Positions 48,371-62,764 are shown, counted from the whole stretch's first letter. The stretch is 63,997 nt of DNA, filler included, from Ionaspis alba (GCA_964255285.1; 8 parts of 8 records of this genome joined end to end with filler, not necessarily neighbours in it); one strand, 5' to 3'. The notes: generated by a model not told the origin, from the sequence alone. Numbers and translations are program-made.

Positions 48371-51300
48371 CTACCTGAATGTCAGAAGCTGCTGTCCCTT
48401 TTTGCCAACTACCCTCTGCGTTGTGAATCCGCAATACCGGTCTCGGATGGACACAACTTCGTATGTGCCCTCCTGGGAGGCTAAGATCGACTTCGAATAC
48501 TCTTGGGAAATATCATGTTTCGTCTCGAGGACGACTGACTTCTTTCCCCGCTCAGCATTCGTGCTTCGAGTGTACCTATGAATGGCAATTAGCAATTCCC
48601 CATGAAAGAAAAGCGAGATTATACTCACGTGAACTCGAACGGTGGTGTGCCTCCAAACTCAAACAGTATCTCAGCCTCACCGCCTTCGTGAATATCTACC
48701 TCCGCCGTTCTGCCTTGGCTGATCCTGACGCTCGGTAGCTCATGAATCATCTTGGTGATGCTCGGTCGTGCTCTACATGAGTCAGTACTGATTTTGTCGC
48801 TCACCCCTGTGATGGTGAAGTTGCCTGGTCGCTCTGCAATACGTCTGAAATTGGTGGTAGCAGTGGACGCCTTGCGATCGGTGCCTTCAAAGGTGTAGAA
48901 GACGTTGAATGGCGGTGTACCAGACAGGGTGTAGGAAATAAAATCGCCAACGCAGTAGTCGGTCGTCGGCTCCAGTGGTGAAATGCTAGGGATGTCAACT
49001 AGGTTGACATGAACGATCGGTCCATCGAACTCCGTAATCCTTTGGCAGCCATGGGCGTCTTTGACTTTGCGGATTGTGACAGCATGAGTACCAAGACCCA
49101 GGAGGTTATGGGGAATACGAAAGTCGTAGTGTCTGCCCTCTATGTGAGGGACGTTTATGACCTCGGGTTTAGAAGTAGTATGGTGCCTGATACCTACCTC
49201 GAGGGAGAAAGGTGGCCTGCCAACTAACGCTATTGGGATCACCTCGTCGCCAGCGTCCTCCTCTTTACAGTAGCTATATGTTCTACCAATGTTCACAAAG
49301 CTGGCGGAAGGACGTCCATGGATTTTCTGCTCCACTGTCAAATGCGAAAATGACCCGGAAGCACTGTAGAGTTGATCGCCGACTTGCGAGAATTTGTACT
49401 GGTATATACCTGCTTGAGACGTTTCCATCTGGATTGATGCGGAATTGAGTCCAACCGTCTCCTTGACCTGGCGTATGGAGGAAGATCCACGTTCCGGTTT
49501 GACATGCATTTTATACTTCACATCAAACGGTGGAGTCCCGTTGAGGGAGACTTCCATAGCATCTTGGTCACCCTCACAAACAGCCTTTTTCACATACTTG
49601 TCTTCAGAGCGCTCCACAGAAGAGTTCTCCGTTAGCTGTATAGTAGGTCGTGGTATCCACTTAACATCGAAGATTTTAGCATCTTTGTCCACGGTACCGG
49701 GGCAGGAATTGTCGTAGACATCTCGAATTTCGTACGTATCCTCCAATTTGGCTTCGAGGAAATCGTTAGCATATAGAAAGTGTGTCTTATAGGTGACATC
49801 AGCCGGGTCTGACAATTTGGAGTAAGTGACAGTCCAAGGAGCTTCGCCTGTGAGCCTCATTGGCATCAGCACTTTCTTTCCCTCAAGTGCCAGAGCAGTC
49901 CGCTTGCCCTCGAGGAGACCGAATGCAGCTGTAGGTCTTTGGTGTCGGACATCAATAGTTGCTTCCTGGTCGAGAAAGACCTTGCAGCCAAAGCGGTCAG
50001 TAACACTGGTCAGAGTCAAGGCATATTGTCCGCCACTCCTAAGTCGCTCGGTCAATAAGGTGTAGTACTCTTCTTGTACCTCATTGACCTTATGCTTCTT
50101 CCGCTTTCCCCTGTGGACAAGCTCGTATTCGAGGACCCATGGACCCTCACCAGACATGTGAATGTCAAAGATGACTGGCTCATCAATACATGCTTTCAGT
50201 CGCAAGTCTCGGTCGACAAATTGAGCGGAGGCAGGAGGCTTCACATCTTGCTCCAGCTTAAGGTTCTTGTGTTTGAGAGAGCGAGTACCATAAATTGAAT
50301 CATGTATGTCAAGAAATTCGTAAGTGTAATGACCTGCCTGAGACGGTCTGAGCTCGAGCTGTGTTCTTAAACGGTCAATTCTTTCGACTCTCGCCACTGT
50401 TTCACCACTCTTACGATGAATGTTGTAGGAGATCTCGAAAGGCGGGGTGCCAACGAGATCGAGGTCGACCATGAGACCAATAGAATTCCCAGCACACTGG
50501 TCGGGAATATTCTCAGCGCTAATCATGAGGTCAGGCTCAGAAGGGTTCAGCAGAAGACATGTAGAGGGCTCGAGGACCTCGCCAACGCAAAAGTCGCTGG
50601 CTACAGAAGCCAATGTGTACATTCCGGGCTCATATACCTCAGGCCCGCGACGATCATTCTTGAAGGAGAAGTGCTGCAGCTGAGCCATCGCCGTGTCTGC
50701 GTCATTGACATTGTCTACCACGGGTGTATACGTATAAGAGATATGATGCTGAGCCGGACTGATTTCTTGCGAACCCTTTGGCAGAAATTGAACAGGTAAG
50801 CGTTTTGATCTCCCTCTGGCAGCATTCAAAGGATGCTGTGGATCACAGCCATCAAATCTAGCTTTCGGTCGATCGTGAACAACGAAGATCTGTTCCCGCT
50901 GGCTGCCATCTGAGGGTCGATAAAGACTGGAACCTTCCGATGCAGTATAGTTCGCAACATTGCCACAAGCGTCATGTACCTCGTCGATAGAATATCGCCA
51001 GCCTCCACTAACACCAAGGGTTTCGTTGATCGGAAGTTGTATGTGCTGAGTGCGCGCCCATGATACATCTGTGGGCTGTCCGGACTCAAATTTGATCAAA
51101 GCACCGGCAATCCTCTGTTGGGCCAGCGGTGTCTCCAAGTTTTCGGGATGAATGGTCAAGAAATTCTGCGATTGATCTTTCCTGTTAATTATCTTACTAA
51201 ACTTGATCTTGAAAGGCGGTGTGGCATCAATTTCAAAATGGAAATCTGATAGTTCGTTCTTGCACTTATTTTGAGGTACATGTTTGACCGATGCTGAGGG

Positions 51301-52328
51301 ACAGCGCACTACCAAAGTGTCGGACAACCTTCTCTGGACCTCCAAATGTGATTCATCAACGACCTTTTTGAGACGATAGAGTCCTGCTTGCTTAACAGAA
51401 AAATGCAGTGTGCGTGGGCTCGCTGGGTCTTTCGTCCCTATCAGTTTATCGGCTTGTTTCTTGAGCCTTTTAGCTTCTTTACTGGAAATCGTTATAGTTT
51501 CCTGCTCGTTCGTTTCCAGGTCAATTCGAAGAAGCTCTATTAGGATCGGACTTGTCTGATTGATGCGAATAGGTAGATTGACAGATTGCCGCGCATGATC
51601 GACACAGAAAGGACTTTGGTCAGGATTTAGGATGGCCGAACTGCAGTATACTCGTTAGCCGTGTCACACAACAAAGAGGCAATTCGAGCACCCTTCTGGT
51701 AGAATATGAATGATCTGCTTCCCAAGTATGAGGGACGAGTTATGAAGAATCGTTGCTGGTTTCACACGCCTCTCGGAAACGGCAGTCTCTCGGTGGTAGA
51801 TGCCCTGCCAGAACGTAGCAAAAAATGCAATAACCGGAGCCTACATCCATTTAGTATTCCAAACAAAGCCTAGAGTAGAATATTATCACAGACCGGTATG
51901 CCGAACATCATGAAGCTATCCACAAGTGCATGCACAAGGAACACAAATGTCATGGTCGTTGATGACCATTCCATCCAAGGTACTCTCAACGCCGGAAGCC
52001 CAAATAAGAAGGCACCGTCCACGGATACCCATTTCATGAACAGCCATAACGAGTCAGATTGACCAGATAACAGGGAGGAAAAGTCGTAGAGTCGCCATAC
52101 TGTCAATAGGCCGTAAAAGCCTATGACAAGTAGCCGTTGAGACGGCGCATCAACAAGTTCGAAGGGTATCAACGGAGTATCCGCTTCCTCCTGCTGGGGT
52201 AAGGTTGACGTCGTCGATGGAGCCTGAGAGGCATTACGGGTGCCTTGATCCGCATTGTACTTCCCAGGAGCTCGTGTACTCTGCGGAGTTGAAGGGAAAG
52301 CCGAGCGAAGACGGGGAGTGCCGCTCAT
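48371..52328 (-). CDS. POM152: Nuclear pore membrane nucleoporin Pom152
   Basis: [42 protein letters not shown], repeated Ig-like modules (GTPPF...), C-terminal [13 protein letters not shown]. Confidence 0.95.
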
Positions 52329-52756
52329 GGCATCCTTGAGATTGTCGAGTTCGTAAATTGGGTGACTGGCTATCTGCTCATTGGTGCTATTTTCCTCTCA
52401 ATGGAGAATGAGATGCAGGCGGGAGTCGATGTGTTGCTGAAGAGGATATGGTCACGGTGTTTACTGGCAGAAAGTTCTCTTGAATTTCGTCACGACGGAC
52501 CCACGCGAACGTCGCGTCCAGGTATCAATGCCAAGCCACGAGGAGCTTCTAATCGACAAGAGGGTATCGCCCGAGAACGGTCTGCAATCCATACAATAGA
52601 TCAATGAATGAGTTTTGTATGACGCTACAGTGTCATGGGTCTCCTTCGCAAAATGGATGTTTGTCAAGATTCTCTCGGCTGTGAGAACGCGTATCTATCA
52701 CAAAGCTGTGACCTTCTTTACCCTTCCCTGTCCTTGCCTCTAGAATATCCAACAAG

Positions 52757-54379
52757 ATGGCTGAACGAAGATCAAAAAGACGGCGTGTCAATGTTGACGG
52801 CTCTACCAAACCAGGAAAAGCCCTGTCAAAAATTTTCCCCAACGAGCCCTTAGCTGCAGCTACGGAAGAAGACAAAAAGAACTGGAAAGGATGGTGCGAG
52901 ATAGAGTCAGAGCCTGTAGGATATCAAATCCATCGAGGGACTCCCTAGTCACAAAACCTGACTTGGCTCAGGCGTTCTTCAACATTATGCTCCGGCGCTT
53001 CGGCGTTCAGGGGGTCAAAGTTCACGAGGTTGTTTCTTTGGATGATGAAATATTGAACGAACTTCCGTCGGTCCTCCGAGAACTACTTCTATGGTGATTG
53101 ACCAGCTAAAACTGTACCCAGCCAGCCTGTTTATGGGCTCATATTCCTGTACAAGTGGAGACAAGATGATCCGCGAAATCAAGTAGCCAACTGTCCTACA
53201 GGTGTTTGGTTTGCAAATCAAGTATGCAAGGTCATGCGATCTATTAAAAACGTTTACTGAAACTGTTCAAGACTGTAAGCAATGCTTGTGCGAGCGTTGC
53301 ACTGCTCAACATCGTCAACAACATCCCGGACATAGACCTGGGAGAGCATCTGCGAAGCTTCAAGGAATATACTCTCGATTTTACTCCAGCACTTCGTGGA
53401 GATGCCATTGCAAACTTTGAATTCGTGCAGAAGATCCATAACTCCTTTGCGAGGTGGGTCGCTCTAATCTAGTAGTTCTACTTTCGTCTCTAGTGTTATT
53501 GTTTAGAGCCTATATTGAAGCCTCTCGGCTTGCTGTACTATGCGGATACTGAATTTACTGGTAGAAAAATGGACATGCTCGCAGCTGATTATCAGCTCAG
53601 CAACGACGCTGCTGCGGCTAAGAAGCGTCAGAAGAAGAAAGGCAAGAAGAAGCAGGATGAGGGGGATCCTGCGTTTCATTTCATAGCCTTTGTGCCTGTT
53701 GATGGTACTCTCTGGAAGCTTGATGGGCTAGAACATCAACCGAACAAGCTAGGTATGATTGAGTCCAAGCCGCGTGTCTAGTCCACGAGAATCTCCTGAC
53801 AGTAAGTTCAATACAGGAGAGGTTCAAGATCGTAATTGGCTTGGTTTAGTGAAGACTGACATCGAAGGTCGGATGTCCCAGTATGAAGAAGGACAGATCG
53901 AGTTTGCAATCCTGGCTTTGGTCAAGGACCCTTTGGAAGATCGTGTGCAGGAGCTCGCGCGCAGTGTGAAGTCTCTCCAATTTATATCGGTGCAGCTAGA
54001 TGAGGTGAATCCTGACTGGAGTGCATTCTTGGCATCAACAGGCGACAGCGGCGAAATCGTCGAGGACAAGCTTATTTTAGGTCCTGACCCCTGTTACATG
54101 TTATCACAAGAGGTCATCGATAACGCAACGCTGTCTGACGAGAGCCGGCGTCAACTGAGCGAAGGAACTGCTACTGAGCTGCTTGAACGACGGCAGGCCC
54201 TCGTTACTTCGCAGACCGGTATACGCATGTCAATCTTGGCGGAAATGGAGTGTCGTCGCGAGGATGAAGACAAGGCGACAAGGAGGTGTTTCGATTACAC
54301 TCCCTTTATAATGGCTTGGTTAAGGATTCATGCCCGTAAAGGTGTTATCCAAGATATCATCGACTCTATCGAGGAATGA
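52757..54379 (+). CDS. Ubiquitin C-terminal hydrolase, peptidase C12 (UCH37-like)
   Basis: GWCEIESEP, VYGLIFLYKW, WFANQ|TVSNACASVALLNIVNN, IHNSFAR, AFHFIAFVP...LDGL, RCFDYTPFI. Confidence 0.92.
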
Positions 54380-55002
54380 GCAAGTTAGAGCAGAGTTACC
54401 AGACAGATCGAGAACATAAAGTGCCTTCTATACGTTAGATGATCCCCAGTCTTGAGTGTCGTGGCCGAGCACAGGTATCGTCAGCAGTATCAGCTTCAGG
54501 ACCTCGAGTTCTGAAGATGGATCATGATTGTGCGCTTCACGTCAGTTGTCATCAAGCATAAAATCCATATTTTGCTTAAACACATGCACCATGAGCTTTG
54601 TAGTCACAATGACCCTCTCGAATGGACCGGGACGTTTGATCTTCCGAGATCTTGGGAACGATCTGTCTGGAATCGGAGGGTACTATATGTGTAACGACTG
54701 TTGATGAGGAATGCTTAAGGAAAGACTGCACTATGGTCATTTGAGCTGTGAGAGCACTCACGAAAAAGCTCATGAACTCTTCCGGGGTGACAAGGCGTGA
54801 GTCTCAAGGCGCAGTCTCTGGCCATGTTCAAGTTGCTCTTGATCTTCATCTACACCACTGAATTCATGTGCAAAAAACCAATATGCAAAGAGAGTCGAAT
54901 AATAGATTTCATGGTAGAGCCATCGAACTTCAACTGTCCGAACCATTCTACTCACACATGTGACGAAAGTCGTCAATCTATCCCAAACAGACTCTTCCGC
55001 CA

Positions 55003-56067
55003 TCATCCCGGGAACCTCCTATGTACGTCTTCAATGAGTCGTTGACCATCTTTCACTGATATTCCTTCCACCTTTCCCCTCTCAATCTGGACTAGTACTG
55101 GTAAAGGTTGAGTGATCAGTAAGCGCCTCAGGAAGTCAATCACGCTCTCCTCGAATCCCACAAGCGATAATTCACTCGTAGCTAAGTTCTCCAAATGTGT
55201 CTGGAGAGGTACGTCGTGTGGCGGCCACATCTGCAATGCCCCGTGATCAGCTCCTTCCTCTATGAGTGCTTAGAGCAACCTTTACGTAATCAGCAGTACC
55301 AGGTCAAGAACTAAAGGAGAAGCAGAATATGGAGAAAAGACCACTCACAGCATCCAGATGCTCCTTCCTGATCTCCTCCCATCCCTCCACCTCCTCCTCT
55401 CTGTCGCCCCAGAACATAGCTGTCACAGCCAGTTCGTCACTCCCATCTTCAGCCTGACTCTCGGCATCAAGACGATACGCAAATGCCTCTCGTAAAGTCT
55501 CTACTCCACTAGCTCCGTACACCAGATACTGCTCCAGCGCCGCGGACGCCATATAGCGTGCGGCAAGTCGCATCCAGAGGTCGTTGACTGAACATTTATT
55601 GAGAGCTGTGTGCGCTGCTGAAAGTGCCATGAAAAGGGGGAGGGTATCAAGGAGAGACAGGGACGCCGGACTGCCGTATTGGGGTGATGGTGGAACAGGG
55701 AGTGAGAATGCTCTCAGCAGATTGTCTCTGTGGCGAGCTAGCGCGGCGGAACTGAGGGGGAGGGATTCCTCGTAGGCTGCAAGGATCGGAGAGGCTGGAT
55801 TCGGATCAGGGTGGTGGGATAGGAAAGCGCTGGCCCGGCAGTGGTGGGCTCTTCGAAGGTCGGAAAGCTTGGGAGAGGAGAGTGTGGTCGTGCTAGGGAA
55901 GAGCCGGTGTGCGAACAGCGCTGTAAAGTTCAGAAGGCGAAGACAGAATTGCAAGGACGGGGCACTCGGAGCAGAAGAGTGGTTGGAACGATATATGGTT
56001 AAGAAGGCTGTCGTGCTGTCAGTTAGGGAGTCTGCCGCATGAGGTTGGGAGGACGAGAGGCTTGCAG
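55003..56067 (-). CDS. Fungal hypothetical protein, 5' end probably cut by the scaffold edge
   Basis: Long ORF (SLLDTLPLFMALSAA, LWMRLAARYMASAALEQYLVYG), a GTGAGT donor at 55348, and a last exon FEESVIDFL...PVLVQIERGKVEG. Confidence 0.7.
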
Positions 56068-56211
56068 TCTACCATCTCCAGGGTGAGTTCTGTTCTTCGA
56101 GATACAGGAGGNNNNNNNNNNNNNNNNNNNNNNNNNNNNNNNNNNNNNNNNNNNNTTAATTAATTAANNNNNNNNNNNNNNNNNNNNNNNNNNNNNNNNN
56201 NNNNNNNNNNN

Positions 56212-58240
56212 GGGGATTGGAGTGGGAAAGTGGCTTACAGGATGAATTATTGTGACTGGGAGCTGGACTTTGAGAACTTTCCTGTTGATTGATCGATTAG
56301 TACGCTGGTATGTTGAACGAAAGAAGGGGCGACGATGCACGAACGAGAAAGAGCATGTCACAATGACTGTCAGAAAGAAACGCACGCCAAAGAAACGACC
56401 TGCGTCGAGTCAGTAGTGCAAAGCAGGCTCATCAGAGACAGAGCTCTGATATTCCCAGTTCGATCAGACCACATATCAGCTATATCTTCCTTAACACTCT
56501 AGATCAAGATCTTATATTGCCTATTACATCGTAAGCCCAACCACCAATTCCAGATAACTCACCAGTATCAATCGTCACCAGGCCAGACGGAACCTCCAAG
56601 TAACAAGTCCTCACGTCTTGCGACATCGGGGCTATACCCTGCCATCCATGACGAGCCTTTTTTGTACTACGAGAAGCCACGATTTCCTTCTCCGTCCGAT
56701 CAGGTAGTCGAAGATGGGCAGCTATCTCTTCGCTGGTCACAGCCGGCGCGTGGTTGTAAAAGGCAGTCACTCGCTCAAGCTGAAGCTCGATCTTCCTGAC
56801 TGTCTTTTGGCTGCTGTTTAGGATGTGCACATCGACGAATATGGCGATGCCGCTGACCCAGGTCTGGCGATGGAGGCCGGCGGTGAACTTTACCGTTTCA
56901 TGGACACTTGTCTTTGAGAGCTTGAGTTCGTCTTCGGCTGTCAATGGGTTCAGCAGATTCACCAAGGCTTTCTCAGCTACGCGTGGTTAGCCTTATCCGG
57001 CCCAGATCACAGCGGCTGGGGCTGACATACGATCATGCACGCTAAGAATGGAGATCTCACGTGATCTTCGTACGTATTGCTGCTTCCCAGCTATCCTGAT
57101 GACCAGAGTGACACAAAGAAAATACTTGATACTAGCAATCTTGGACTTGTAGGGTGGAGGTCCCATGACGACAGGCAAATTCAATTTGAACGGAATCACA
57201 GAAGAAGACGGGACAGCCTCCCAGAACGCATCAGATGACTTCCTAGGTGAAGCAACCATAGTAAGTGGAGGTGCATGGGTCTCATCGATGAGCTCGTTCG
57301 CAAGACTTCGAAAAATGAATTTCTTGCCATGAGACATTTCAACACCGAGAATATCCACCGCAATGCGACCAATGAAAATAGTCGGCTGTGGCTTACGGCG
57401 GGTATTGTTCCTGGCAGCATCAAAAGTCACAGAGACATCGCCTTGCACAGTCCCACCGCCTGTAAAAAGCGGAGCAGGAGTACTAACATCCAACGTCACG
57501 CGCGGATGATTCAGTTCAGGAGACTCCAGAACATCAAGAGGCGCAACAGGACGAATGAACGTTCTGGATGGTATTCGATGAATATCCGAAGATATTGGAT
57601 TGTATCTCGCAGCCACCGACCGTACCGGTGAGGCGGATTGACCTCGCGTAGTGATAGTAAGCCCTAGTCCATTAGGAGTTGCAGGCGGCATGCGCGACTC
57701 TTCTTCTGCGAAGGTTCTGGAAGCTTTGGAGGACTTCCGCGCCAGACGAGTTCTAGAAGACTTCCGGACAGGGACACTCGAGAGGGGGAGGCTCATCGAG
57801 GATGCACAATGACTGGTGTTCAACAAGCGAAAGGGCGGCTGAGGCACACTCGTCCCGTTGTTGTTGGACATGATAGGCTGTTGTGATGAGGCCATTCTTT
57901 TTCGAGCATGATTTGAGCTCATGGGGGAGGACTCGACAATATTGAACAGGGGCCTGGATTCGTTGTTATTACTCCGAGAGAAGGCAGAAGATGGACGTGG
58001 GGGTCCGGGATGGGGGCCACGCAAAGGGGAGGCTGGGTTGGTGAAGTTGATTTGATCAACCGATGTTCGTCGAAAGAGGTTCGAGGATCCTATTGAGGGA
58101 AATTGGCCGTCAGCATTTGTCCAATAGCTTCACTTTTCCTGTAATGAAGGGTTGCGCCTTTTTTTTTTCCAGATGAGAATTGTTGATAGTGAGGGCCACC
58201 CACCCACTCGGGATTTGCCATCGCGAACCTTGCCTGCCAT
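56212..58240 (-). CDS. Arrestin-fold (Arrestin N/C-like) protein, 3' end cut by the scaffold edge
   Basis: Inferred first exon MAGKVRDGKSRV|G; HPRVTLDV..PLFTGGGTVQG, IPFKLNLP..MGPPPY, TAGLHRQTWVSG, GRFFGVRFFL, VQLPVTIIHP. Confidence 0.8.
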
Positions 58241-60436
58241 CGTCGCAGATGGGAACAACTATCTGTTTCGACGAGTGATGATCGTAGGCCTGGGGTAACA
58301 CAAAGATTTGAGTGGAAGATCCAACCCAGCTCTTTTCAGGGTGGATGCCCATTGACCAGGCTCTCGGGAAAGAGCAATGGCGACAGCCATGGTGGTGGAT
58401 GGCACCTCCTTTGGAGAGCGGATGGTAACTAGACTTTGCACATTGGCACCTGCCAGCTCATAGGGTTTTCTTTCTTAATAAATTGTATGCAAGTGCTCAA
58501 TTAAGGAGAGCATGGAAATAGTATAGGCGTGCTCGGAATCACATCTGTACTCATGAAAATGCAGCAGAAGGACGCGGTCATTACTACTACTACTACTAGC
58601 ACAGTAGTATCTTGGTCAACATGTCAGATTGCTTGTTTCAACGCTTCATGATCGACAACGATTGTAGCGGCTATCGTGCCTCTTTGCGATTTTCTCTTTC
58701 TCTGAAGCAGACACGACGAACAATAATAGAAGCTCGGAACGAAGCACCGCACTGGTCTTTCTGATCATCACAACTGCAGCATACGGTAGAGAAGGTGTAC
58801 CTGTCGATCGAGAATGACGACGTNNNNNNNNNNNNNNNNNNNNNNNNNNNNNNNNNNNNNNNNNNNNNNNNNNNNNNNNNNNNNNNNNNNNNNNNNNNNN
58901 NNNNNNNNNNNNNNNNNNNNNNNCGTACCGTATCCTCTATACATATACAGAAGGCAGCTATGCGATCAGCGTCATTGATCAACCCAACCACAGATCCCCA
59001 TTATCCGCGGAGCATTCATCCCTTCCTTCCCAGCCCAGCCCTACACATCGACGGCTGCGGGCGGGAGGAAGGAAGAGGGGGGGGTGGACCCGGCAAGAAC
59101 CCTGATCCAGCTCCTCGGAGAAGCAAAACGCGGCAAGCGGAAGCGAAAAAAGCCTCTGCCCTCCAACGTCCAAAACTGGGAGGGTCGATCCTGACACGCT
59201 CCAGCATCATTTCCAGCGCGGAGTAGCCCCTCCCTCCATCCATCCATCAGCCCCTCTATATGCGTATGCGAATGACGAGTATGGATCTGCTCCAGTACGA
59301 CGAGGCGGACTTCGCCTACGTATGTGCTGGAGCGCAAACAGAAGTGCGGTTCACGGTAACTCGCGTGGTTGGAAAGCAGGTGGGAACGACATGGTGTGCA
59401 GGTCACGGTCTACCAGGGCCAACCACTAGTCCCCTTGAGGTGCGTCCTTCCCGTCGGACGGGGTCTTCGGTATCTTCCCCGTGGCTGGATGGGGAAGGAT
59501 TGCAATGTTCTACAAACGTTACACCACCAACCATGCCTTTCGAACGGCGATGATGATTCTGGCAGCAAGGGCTCCTGGCTTGTCGTTGTCTGGGGTATTC
59601 TTCCCAGTCCCGCCAGGTCATTTTCCAAGCATTCTACTGGCAGTTGAAATCACGTCTGTCTGATTCGCCCAGTTTCTCCGTACTGGACGTACCCAATTAA
59701 TACGAGCAACGCCAATTATCACAACATCGTCCATTTACCCCATGGCAGCCGGACAAGAGCAGCAGTAGCAGCCACTCATTCTCCCCCTGCCTTTTCCCCA
59801 TCCAATAGAAGCACAAATTCGAATGATTCCGCGGTGCTCCGTGACGTTGAAGAGTTTTCCCTTTTCCGCTTTTCTGGGCAAAGGAGGCTTGGGATGTTGG
59901 GTGTGGCACACGCACACCTGACACTGCAGGAGGGAAAAGTGATTGTACATGGCACTAAACCCCACAATTTCGGGGTCTGAACTTTCCCACCTCTCATCCT
60001 TTTCCACGGGTCTGGTTGCGCCTCCATGGCGACTACCGTACTCGTACCCAGTCAAATTTACTAGCACCATCCTATCCTCCACCACCACTATTAAGTCCGT
60101 CGTCCGGTTCTAGGGCTGCATCAAGAAATTCTCTCTCCTCCTCTACTCGCCTGATCTCCCTCCGTTCCCCCTCTTCTCATTTTATTATCTAATGCTTTGC
60201 TTCTCCATTGCTACTCTCCCATCTTTTCTTTGACACATCGCAACGCACAACAGTCTGATAACGGCCTACCTTTTACCAAACAGCACTGTGAGGCTCTGTC
60301 TGTGATCTGCTTTTTTAGGGTTTGTCAAGCTTGTGTGGCTTGACCTGCTTCCTCGGCCCTGGCGCCGTTCCTGAACGAGAACGTCATTGGAAGGCTAGAA
60401 GGACGGTATTCTGCGCTCGTTTCCTTATATCCGGAT

Positions 60437-62060
60437 ATGCCAGATGTGGAGGACTCGCCCACTGTACCCAAGACCGAACACTCCCGGGAGGACTCGATAT
60501 CCTCCCTTGAATCCTCTCCCGAGCCGGAGGTCGATGGCCAGAGTTCTTTGACCGAAAATGTGCAGGTGCAGAAGAGGAAGGGTGGACGGAAGCCTGTATG
60601 GAAATCCCCTACTCCGCCCGCAACGAGATGGGAATGCAGTCTCGTCTTACAATCTGTATAGATATATGCTACTTCCGAAGAACGGAAACAGAGAAACCGC
60701 CAGGCTCAGGCGGCCTTCCGAGAACGACGGACCGAGTATATCAAACAACTCGAAAACACAATCAAACATCAAGATGAGGCCCTGCAGAATCTTCAACAGA
60801 GTCACCGGTCCGCGGCCGACGAGTGTCTGATGTTGCGGTACAAGAATTCATTGCTCGAGCGTATCTTGTTGGAAAAAGGTAGTTCGCTCCGTGTCCTTCT
60901 CACTCTAGCAACTGAGGGCTGACTTGGGCTTCGTAGGCATCGATGTTCAAGCAGAGCTCAAGACGAAGGAGGACACGAATCCCGGAAAGTTGCCCATGTC
61001 TACGACACAGCAAACACCTGCACAGCGAGCAGTCTTAAATCGCCATCAACAAGCCCAACGATCCGTCTCTGGTCCCGCACCGAGGTTGCTTCAACCACAG
61101 AAAGGAAACCTAAATCTCGCGGCAAGCCAATCTCCTCAACTCCAGCCTACTCCTCCTTCTCACACATCATCGCCAACCACGTCCAGATCATCGCCAACTT
61201 TTGCTCTCCAAGGTGGGATGACTTCACCTCACGCGGGTTTTCAAGCTCAGTCACAACAACAGCTTCAACAGCTTCAACAGCAGCAGCANNNNNNNNNNNN
61301 NNNNNNNNNNNNNNNNNNNNNNNNNNNNNNNNNNNNNNNNNNNNNNNNNNNNNNNNNNNNNNNNNNNNNNNNNNNNNNNNNNNNNNNNCAACAACAACAC
61401 CAGCAATCACAGCCGCGGCCTAGACCAACATCACAATCACACATGCAAGCATTCCCAGGCATCACGATTCCCACGTCAAACCCCAGCATGCAACCGAACC
61501 CACCACCCAACGTGGCCGCAGGACAAACAAGTGAAGGAAGAGGCAGTGGCGTGGGAACTCGACCCAGCCACTGGCCCTCATACCAGACACACATTGAGCA
61601 ACTCGGCAAGCTGACCCGCCCCTTCCTATCCCCTTTCCTATCAATAGAGCTCTGTTCGTCCTAGATTTGAAATTCTGGTGTAGAGCAGGAATACGATGCA
61701 CCCTCCGATATGCTCGACGATCAAGAGGCCGGTAGCGACCACTCGGCTGGTCCGGGTCCTTATCCCTCGCTTTTTCAACAACAACAACAGCAGCAGCAGC
61801 CGCAGCCGCAAGCCTTCCCTCCAGGTCAAAGGGGTCTGGTGCCGCAGGGCCAGCCTCAGCAGCCGCAACCGCTTCCGCTTATGCATCCGACGACAACGAC
61901 GACGATGCAGCCGGGTGATCCCAATGCGCAGAGCTTCAATGCTATGAATCAGATGTTTGATCCATTCGATCCGATGCTCGATGCGGATCCGTTTGGTCTT
62001 ACGGCCAGTATGCATTTTCCTACGCAGTTTACATTTCAGGAGAGCGCAATGCGGAAATGA
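60437..62060 (+). CDS. bZIP transcription factor with polyQ tracts
   Basis: QKRKGGRKP|IYATSEERKQRNRQAQAAFRERRTEYIKQLE...ECLMLRYKNSLLERILLEK|GIDVQAEL; C-terminal DPMLDADPFGLTASMHFPTQF. Confidence 0.93.
61251..61405 (+). repeat. CAG/CAA microsatellite (polyQ) containing an unresolved 100-N gap
   Basis: CAA/CAG runs on both sides of the Ns at 61289-61388. Confidence 0.85.
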
Positions 62061-62764
62061 TTGAGTGGGCAGCGGTGTTGAACTTTTGGGGAAAGCACTT
62101 TGGCATCGCATTTAGGTGTTTGGGTGGAGCGGTTTTTATATTGTGGATATGGAAAACGCCGGGTTTTGTCTATAAGCTTTGGTTCAGCTTCATCGAATTG
62201 GTATAACAGCGTCTCGAGCGGACGTTGCGCACGGACTCTCGAGCTGTATACCATAATCTTCAGGAAGTCGTTGTGTAGTAGTAATAATTGTGTATATAAC
62301 TGAGATAATATTATTGCAAAAGCTTTGGCTAAATGAACGCCGGTCCATTGCGACCATGGCTAAAGGACCTTCTTAGGAGCATTAGAGCCAGGAGAAGAAT
62401 CAGACGACTTACGATGCATGTAAGTCGTCCTCCCTCTCGCTCGTAGCTTCCTGTGATGAATAGCAGTAATGGCACCAAAACTAATGCCCGCCATACCCTA
62501 ACGACAAACGTCGCTCCCGCCCTAGTCCTCTCGGATCTTTGCCTCGCTAAACCTGAAATCTTGCGCGCCCACAAATAACGACTAGCTTCCCCGTTTACTC
62601 TCCATCGAACCGCGACTGCAGTTCAACGGCAGCAGCTATATCATCAAAAGAGAGACAAGGTCCTGAATTGGGATCTCGTCACTCTTGTCGTCTTCTTCCT
62701 TCCTACGTCGTGTTGCGATAGCGAGGTCGGCCTTCGAAGGAAGGCAGTGTGGGAGTCGGACGTC

